A DNA stretch of 64,000 nucleotides from a virus (taxonomy: Duplodnaviria > Caudoviricetes), in the IMG/VR virus record IMGVR_UViG_3300037461_000547, positions 1 to 64,000 of that record; one strand, written 5' to 3'. The position numbers were made by a program, and so were the translations under genes. Below, one piece after another: positions 58,015-64,000 of the stretch (positions within the stretch are counted from its first letter, which is position 1; every line of letters begins with the position of its first letter). The notes under the pieces were generated by a model. It saw only the letters and a program-made list of their open reading frames with translations. It was not told the DNA's origin and searched no databases.

Positions 58015-58709
58015 ACCTATATTGTGGTGCCGGTGGCGCGTCACAAGGATTAGCAAAAGCTGGCTTCGATGTGACTGGTGTTGATATTGCGTTTCAACCA
58101 AACTATCTTTTTAATTTTATCCAAAAAGATGTTATGAAACTCGACATTGAATTTCTAAAATCTTTCGACCTTATTTGGGCGTCCCCACCTTGTCAAGCAT
58201 ATACTGCGTTGCGTACATGCGGCCATCAAGAGCGTGAGTATCCTGATTTAATAGATGCGACACGGCAAATGCTGAAGAAATCAGGGAAACCATATATCAT
58301 TGAGAATGTGGTCGGCGCCCCTTTATTCGAGTGTGTTATGTTGTGTGGTACAATGTTTAAGTTACAAACCCAAGATGGCGCGCAACTCATCAGACACAGA
58401 ATATTTGAAACAACGTTCTTAGTTGATCAACCTATCTGTAACCATAAATCAGGTTCGGCAATCGGTGTCTATGGTGGTGGTCAAAATCCACATAGGAAAA
58501 AGATTCAGAGCATCGGTGTTTATGGAAACTCTGGTGGATCATCTTCACGGGATGGACTTACATTTTACGGCGCGCGTGCTCGTGAATACGCTATGGGAAT
58601 AAGTTGGATGTCACCAAAAGAACTTTCACAAGCAATACCACCTGCCTATTCTTATTATTTGGCAGAACAATTCAAAAAATATGGACATGAAATTATTTAC
58701 AGGAGATAA
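57999..58709 (+). CDS. C5-cytosine DNA methyltransferase (short)
   Basis: DLYCGAGG motif I, ASPPCQ motif IV, IIENV motif VI. Confidence 0.85.
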   Translation: MDKALDLYCGAGGASQGLAKAGFDVTGVDIAFQPNYLFNFIQKDVMKLDIEFLKSFDLIWASPPCQAYTALRTCGHQEREYPDLIDATRQMLKKSGKPYIIENVVGAPLFECVMLCGTMFKLQTQDGAQLIRHRIFETTFLVDQPICNHKSGSAIGVYGGGQNPHRKKIQSIGVYGNSGGSSSRDGLTFYGARAREYAMGISWMSPKELSQAIPPAYSYYLAEQFKKYGHEIIYRR

Positions 58710-58710
58710 T

Positions 58711-59325
58711 ATGAATTTAATACATCTCAATGGTAATATAATGTGTGCGGTTGATGTTGAAACTACAGGGTTAGATGTACAACAACATGATATTGTTGAA
58801 ATCTGCGTACTTCCTTTGAACGCAAATCTTGACCCTATTCAAACAAAATTTCCTTTTGACATGCTTTTACAACCTGGGCGCCCACAGAATATCGATCCAA
58901 GAGCTACACGCACACACAAGCATAAATTAGTTGAATTGATGACATCCGGTATTGAACAGTTTAAGGCGGCAGATTTATTTGATGAGTGGTTTGAAAAATT
59001 AGATTTGCCGTTCGGAAAGAAAATTGTGCCACTTGCACATAACTGGCCTTTTGACCATGGATTTATACAAGCGTGGCTGGGCATCGAACATTTTAATCAC
59101 TATTTTTCACCGCTTTACCGTGACACAATGGCTGCTGCCCAGTATTTTAATGACCGTGCAACTTTCCATGCTAATGAAATACCTTTCAATAAAGTAACAC
59201 TTTCTTATCTTGCTTCACAACTGTACGTTCCACATGAACATTCTCATAATGCGTTAAACGATTGCTTGACTACTGCGGCGGTATACAAGAAGTTAATGTT
59301 TCACGGCCCGTCTCTGCTGGCGTAA
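58711..59325 (+). CDS. DnaQ-like DEDDh 3'-5' exonuclease
   Basis: VDVETTGL, AHNWPFD, HNALNDC. Confidence 0.85.
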   Translation: MNLIHLNGNIMCAVDVETTGLDVQQHDIVEICVLPLNANLDPIQTKFPFDMLLQPGRPQNIDPRATRTHKHKLVELMTSGIEQFKAADLFDEWFEKLDLPFGKKIVPLAHNWPFDHGFIQAWLGIEHFNHYFSPLYRDTMAAAQYFNDRATFHANEIPFNKVTLSYLASQLYVPHEHSHNALNDCLTTAAVYKKLMFHGPSLLA

Positions 59326-60022
59326 AAACAGTATATTCAACATTGTTGAGCGCATTAAGTAGAGCTTGTCGATGGTTCAAAAATCTTCTTTGGTCTGTAT
59401 ACACTTGATTTAATGAATCTTTGACACAGTTTGCATAAGTTATTTTCCCCAAAAACGCACCATCGAAAGCTGCCATTATGATGCGACTGCATCCAAGATA
59501 TTTTGCAAGACCCACACCTAAACATCCGACGGGCGTCCATGTTGGAATGTCTAACTCTTTAGGATTTGGAACATATAATAAATGTGCATCATTGTAAAAA
59601 TGTGCACAATTTGCCAAAATAACTGGTGTTGAAAACGGATTGTAATTTCTTTTTGCTACAGGGTCGCATTGAACGTTGTATATACATTTATGTTGTGAAA
59701 CTTCTACAACTTTATGTACGGCATTGTTACACGCAATTAGTACATCTGCCATAGCATAATCTTCTTTGGTTAAATGATCTAAACTTGGGCCTTTACCGAT
59801 TACCATCGCGATCAGGCCCTTTTTTATGTCCTTTAATTCCTGTGTAGGTCTATAATTGAAAGGAACTAAATACCAAACCTCTTTCTTAGGATTCAGGCGA
59901 TGTATTCCTGATGTATTATCGAGCGTTTGTATTTGTGTTTTGTCTTTCCGTGACAACCAAAAAGGCCCCATTTCAGTAAGCCCATGTAAATTTTTGCAAC
60001 CGAACTTTCCTTCAAATTTCAT
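59270..60022 (-). CDS. DUF115/MptE-like Rossmann protein of glycosylation loci
   Basis: VIGKGPSL, IACNNA, GCSRIIMAAFDG. Confidence 0.55.
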   Translation of the reverse strand: MKFEGKFGCKNLHGLTEMGPFWLSRKDKTQIQTLDNTSGIHRLNPKKEVWYLVPFNYRPTQELKDIKKGLIAMVIGKGPSLDHLTKEDYAMADVLIACNNAVHKVVEVSQHKCIYNVQCDPVAKRNYNPFSTPVILANCAHFYNDAHLLYVPNPKELDIPTWTPVGCLGVGLAKYLGCSRIIMAAFDGAFLGKITYANCVKDSLNQVYTDQRRFLNHRQALLNALNNVEYTVFTPAETGRETLTSCIPPQ

Positions 60023-60032
60023 AGTATCCTCT

Positions 60033-61037
60033 TTAATAAACGTTCTTATTTATAATACTTCTATTTAAGACTTGGAAACCATCTTTAGTGTTTAACACAA
60101 TTGCAAATCCGTGATTCCATTTATTTATGGGAAGATATTCTGGACGTAAATCACACAAACATCCAACGGACCAACAAGAAATAATTTTACTGTTCATGCT
60201 TTTTTCTACGTGTTGCGATGTTTGATGGAAATGTCCACACAGCGCATTATCTTTTCCACGTAAATAAAGTCCACGCGCCGGATTAACTGGATTTGAAATC
60301 GTACGCCCGAACTCATGTCCATGTATACAATTAAGTTTTCCGATTTTGAGAATCCGTTTTTGATCGACGATACGGATTTTAAATCTTCTGGCGTCAATCA
60401 TTTCTGTGTATTCTAAAGCACGGTATCCTAATAATTCAGGTGCTTTAACTCGTAAATAGCGTTCAAGTCTTTCTTCATGATTCCCTAATAAATAATACAT
60501 ATCAACATCAGGGAAAACTTCTCTAAGGATTTCGAACACTGTCTTACATTTATCAAGTTCTTCTTGAATGTTTCTGAGTCTTGGGTCATTTACCCATCGA
60601 CTTAGAGAATAGAAATCAATAAAATCTCCAAGAAAAATGATTGCGGAAATCCCAAATGAATCAGCATACTCTAACGCTGTTTTTAATGCTTCTGTGTTGT
60701 GATATGGGACGTGGGCGTCAGATAATATAAGTGTTGCTTCACTTTCTATATTGATTGGCTCCCACTGACCGTAGTCTCTAAGTCCTTCTGGTAATTTGTC
60801 GAAAGGAGAAAAATTAGGGTCGCCACTTATTACAGACGTTTTATCTGTCAATTTATTATACGCAGCACGTCCGTGCCTTCCACGTAACTGTCTTATCTTG
60901 TCTCTAATTTGTTCAACAGATATAAAGACAGTTGGATTTTCTTTATATATTTTCTTTGCCAGTGTTAATGACGGTGTCTCTGGAAAATCTTGTAAAACTT
61001 TTTTAACAATTTCGTGTTCTATATTACTTTTTTTCAT
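60033..61037 (-). CDS. Calcineurin-like metallophosphoesterase with N-terminal helical domain
   Basis: SDAH, GDFID, GNHE, IHGHE, GHFH canonical motifs. Confidence 0.85.
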   Translation of the reverse strand: MKKSNIEHEIVKKVLQDFPETPSLTLAKKIYKENPTVFISVEQIRDKIRQLRGRHGRAAYNKLTDKTSVISGDPNFSPFDKLPEGLRDYGQWEPINIESEATLILSDAHVPYHNTEALKTALEYADSFGISAIIFLGDFIDFYSLSRWVNDPRLRNIQEELDKCKTVFEILREVFPDVDMYYLLGNHEERLERYLRVKAPELLGYRALEYTEMIDARRFKIRIVDQKRILKIGKLNCIHGHEFGRTISNPVNPARGLYLRGKDNALCGHFHQTSQHVEKSMNSKIISCWSVGCLCDLRPEYLPINKWNHGFAIVLNTKDGFQVLNRSIINKNVY

Positions 61038-62124
61038 AGTTATCTCTTTCAAAAAGTAATCCGATTTTTCCACAAGGATGCCTACTTGTGAAATGTTCAA
61101 TATATTTCGCGTTGGGGTGATTTATAAAATCGGACCCCTCCCAAATTGAGCGATGTTTTTCATATGGATATTCTTTAGCAATATCATCATTTTCGTTCAG
61201 CTGATCGCCAAGTGGGATAGTTGCCATCACAAATTTATTGTTTGCAATCATGTGTTCTAAAACAACTGTCGCAACAGATTTTTCTAAATGTTCAAGAACA
61301 TCATTCATTATTACTAAATCATAACCATGTAATTCAGATAAACATTCCTCAACAGTACATATTTTAATCGTATTATAAATGTAACGTGTCAATGGTGTAA
61401 TGTATGTTTCACAAGGTTCAATACCGTCGATCTGTATTTTCCAATCTTCTTTTTTCATACGTAAACATGCCGCTTCTAAATAATCTCGACAAAGAAATCC
61501 CCATTTCCCAAACCCCACACCTATATCCAAGACCTTAGTTGGTTTAATTTTACGAATCATAGATACACACCAAACTAAATTTGATTGTTGTGATGTTGGC
61601 ATGAAAAGTCTCCTACTAATATAGTCGTGAACAATTACAGATTCTTTAAATCTCTCACCTTCACGTTTTAATACAGCATACTCATCTGGTAAAATACCTT
61701 TGTTCAAGGGTAAACTTCGCCATAATTTACGGAATGGAGTCTGTTGATTATTTCCAGATTCTTTCATTAACACATACCATTGTTTCAAAAAATTAAATGT
61801 ATTGTGTGTCGGTTCAAGATATATAGTTCCAAGTATTGGTGTTTTTTCGTTGTATAATCGACAAGCAATATCACAGGAGAGCGTATCAAAAATTGTTGGT
61901 TTTCGTAATATCCTACAATCCACGTCAAGAGAAACTATCGGCTGATTATATTCCTCTAACGTCTGTGCTATTAACAAAGGACGCAGTAAAAGATTCTTGA
62001 AACGTGTTTGATGCGGTTCTCTCTGTAGACAATAACTTAAATTAAATCTGTTAAAGTCTTTTTCTAAACACTTCGCTAAAGACTCATAAAGCGTGTGTTG
62101 TGTGTAATAGGCGAAGTAAATCAT
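61024..62124 (-). CDS. Glycosyltransferase-like domain fused in frame to a SAM methyltransferase
   Basis: N-half VSLDVDC (DxD); C-half VLDIGVGFGKWG, DVLEH; internal SD plus ATG at 61602. Confidence 0.7.
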   Translation of the reverse strand: MIYFAYYTQHTLYESLAKCLEKDFNRFNLSYCLQREPHQTRFKNLLLRPLLIAQTLEEYNQPIVSLDVDCRILRKPTIFDTLSCDIACRLYNEKTPILGTIYLEPTHNTFNFLKQWYVLMKESGNNQQTPFRKLWRSLPLNKGILPDEYAVLKREGERFKESVIVHDYISRRLFMPTSQQSNLVWCVSMIRKIKPTKVLDIGVGFGKWGFLCRDYLEAACLRMKKEDWKIQIDGIEPCETYITPLTRYIYNTIKICTVEECLSELHGYDLVIMNDVLEHLEKSVATVVLEHMIANNKFVMATIPLGDQLNENDDIAKEYPYEKHRSIWEGSDFINHPNAKYIEHFTSRHPCGKIGLLFERDNYEKK

Positions 62125-62761
62125 AATCCTCCTCAGGTGTTATAACAGGCAGTTCCTCAAATTTGGGGTATTTTTGTCCTTTATGGACGTGCCAAGATTC
62201 ACCCAATCTGTATACGAGAGAGGGCTTCACATCTAAAAGTACCTGACAATTTATTCGACGAAGTAAAATACTGTCGAATCCATTTTGTTTTTTGTGCCCA
62301 TCTGCAAGACTTTGAAGTCGTGATTGCGGGAATCCAGTCACAGCAAATCTACACCACATACCCGATGTTTGTTGTGTCACATATTTATTTTCTACTTGCC
62401 AGTATCCCCAACACCCGATACCGTGACAAGGGACGATGTTAAGATTTGATATTGCTTCAATTCCTTTTATAAGTGCGTCAGTGTGATGTGGTAATGCATA
62501 ATCATCAGAATCTAAAACACACCAATAAGGTGTTTCGACTTGTTTAAGCGCATACGCGATTTGTAAGGGATAATATTCAAAAGGTTCGATGTTATGTATT
62601 TCAACGTTTGGATATTCTTTGTCAAGATGCAAGCCATCAGGATGTATACAAAAGATTTTGAACATAAAATCTTTGTTACTTTGATTTAACACTGAGTAAA
62701 TTGCGTGTGAAATTAAATGTGGGTGATGCCCCGTCATATTCATAACAACAGTAAGTTTCAT
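62084..62761 (-). CDS. GT-A fold (GT2-like) glycosyltransferase
   Basis: AIYSVLNQS, VLDSDDY. Confidence 0.65.
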   Translation of the reverse strand: MKLTVVMNMTGHHPHLISHAIYSVLNQSNKDFMFKIFCIHPDGLHLDKEYPNVEIHNIEPFEYYPLQIAYALKQVETPYWCVLDSDDYALPHHTDALIKGIEAISNLNIVPCHGIGCWGYWQVENKYVTQQTSGMWCRFAVTGFPQSRLQSLADGHKKQNGFDSILLRRINCQVLLDVKPSLVYRLGESWHVHKGQKYPKFEELPVITPEEDYDLLRLLHTTHAL

Positions 62762-62775
62762 AAAATTCCCTTATA

Positions 62776-63246
62776 TTAAAATTCTTTTTTATTACTTACA
62801 ACAGTTGTCCATGGTTTCAATAATCTACAATCATAGCGGTATTTGAACTGTTGTAACACAGGCTCATAATTATATGCAGGTTCTTCTGTATCGTGTACAA
62901 CAATATGATTTGCAACATCTTTTAATTTAAGAATATCAATTATTCGACGTTCCCCAGGCGCGTGGTCAATAAATACAACGTCCCACGCCGGCCACACTTG
63001 TTTATAAATATCATCCCAATTCTTAACACGGACAAAAATATGGTTGTCCGATTGCATGTGTATTACACGTTTTATCCACGCGGGATTATTTTCAACCGTC
63101 ACCAACTGTCGATGCATAACATCGCAAATTTCATGTAAAACAGGTGTACTGTTGTCCCCGCATCCAAATTCAATAACAGGGCCTGTTGTTTTACACATCA
63201 CAGCAGTTAATAATGGTAAGTGTGTTGCACGTGATTCCATCAACAA
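62776..63246 (-). CDS. Methyltransferase-like protein
   Basis: VIEFGCGDNST, TVENNPAW, VFIDH, VVHDTE. Confidence 0.6.
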   Translation of the reverse strand: MLMESRATHLPLLTAVMCKTTGPVIEFGCGDNSTPVLHEICDVMHRQLVTVENNPAWIKRVIHMQSDNHIFVRVKNWDDIYKQVWPAWDVVFIDHAPGERRIIDILKLKDVANHIVVHDTEEPAYNYEPVLQQFKYRYDCRLLKPWTTVVSNKKEF

Positions 63247-63974
63247 TACTCCATGTATAAAGGTTCAAATTCTTTCTTCCAATATGTTAAAATATTGAAT
63301 CTGTCGTCAACCACGTCATAAGTCTGTTCAGACGCGGACAAAACATCCTGTATGTATTTTTCATTTTCTTCTAATGGATGGCTCATAAAATGAGAATGTG
63401 ACCCCATTTTTCTTTTTAATTCTGTGATGTTAAAACGAACTGCCGTCATATGATGCATAAGTAATTCTTTGGGTTTGAAAATATAAAAGTCTTGTGTCTT
63501 AACTTTTCTACTTTCATCAAGTAAAACAGGGAATAATGCACTTCCCAAAGGCATGGTAATGTCGTGAATAAAGGGAACATACAACTTTGTAATTTGTTTG
63601 GCGCGCAATATAGGTGTTTTTACATAATCAATGATTGGTGCAATCAATAATTTATGTTGTTTTATTTTTGTCTTTATATTTTTTAATTGTTCTTTGTCAT
63701 AATACTCATCGCAATCACAACCTAAAAAATGTGTACAACCTTTTTTAATACAGTATGCTTTTAGTATTCGATAATTGTCACGTGCATACTGACAATAAAG
63801 GTGAGGGTCTTGTATCTGTTCAAATTTATATTCAATAAAATCATCAATCAACCCTTCATGTTTTAGACTTAACAAAAGAGGAAGTAAGTATTTAGGGGAC
63901 GGCACCCCAAAATAAGATGTTTGTGAATATGAACAAACAATGATATTTGCAAACTCTCTCAAACATTTTAACAT
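63240..63974 (-). CDS. Glycosyltransferase-like protein (5' end may extend beyond the window)
   Basis: FLGCDCDEYY DxD motif; adjacent to other GT genes. Confidence 0.55.
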   Translation of the reverse strand: MLKCLREFANIIVCSYSQTSYFGVPSPKYLLPLLLSLKHEGLIDDFIEYKFEQIQDPHLYCQYARDNYRILKAYCIKKGCTHFLGCDCDEYYDKEQLKNIKTKIKQHKLLIAPIIDYVKTPILRAKQITKLYVPFIHDITMPLGSALFPVLLDESRKVKTQDFYIFKPKELLMHHMTAVRFNITELKRKMGSHSHFMSHPLEENEKYIQDVLSASEQTYDVVDDRFNILTYWKKEFEPLYMEYC

Positions 63975-64000
63975 TGGTTTGAGATGTTCAGCTCCACTAT

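Overview
This window is most of the genome of a tailed dsDNA phage (siphovirus-like, AT-rich). I found no integrase, reverse transcriptase or CRISPR array. From 1 to 16.1 kb (minus strand) lies the morphogenesis operon: terS, GpA-type terL, portal, three signal-peptide proteins (two are metallophosphoesterase-LamG paralogues), scaffold, P22-like coat, neck, tail tube, and a tail chaperone with a -1 frameshift. A roughly 1 kb foreign bacterial fragment interrupts this operon. From 16.1 to 20.9 kb is a probable packaging/terminus region, then a plus-strand early region. There each ORF is bracketed by its own inverted repeats, followed by two structured RNAs, one a tRNA-like fold whose anticodon is replaced by a ~140 nt domain. 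From 21 to 52 kb (minus strand) are small cassette-like ORFs, a PEP-CTERM protein, a degenerate tRNA, and nucleotide/replication genes (dUTPase, ligase, ThyX-like, UvrD, class II RNR, PolA, SNF2, two ParB-like, sigma factor, MTase). From 52.6 to 59.3 kb (plus strand) are a primase-helicase, a second sigma-like gene, a DUF5664 pyrophosphatase, three adjacent DNA MTases and a DnaQ-like exonuclease. From 59.3 to 64 kb (minus strand) is a glycosyltransferase/methyltransferase cluster. A Planctomycetota-like host is inferred from PEP-CTERM and LamG content but not shown. All family calls come from motifs read by eye; no database was searched.
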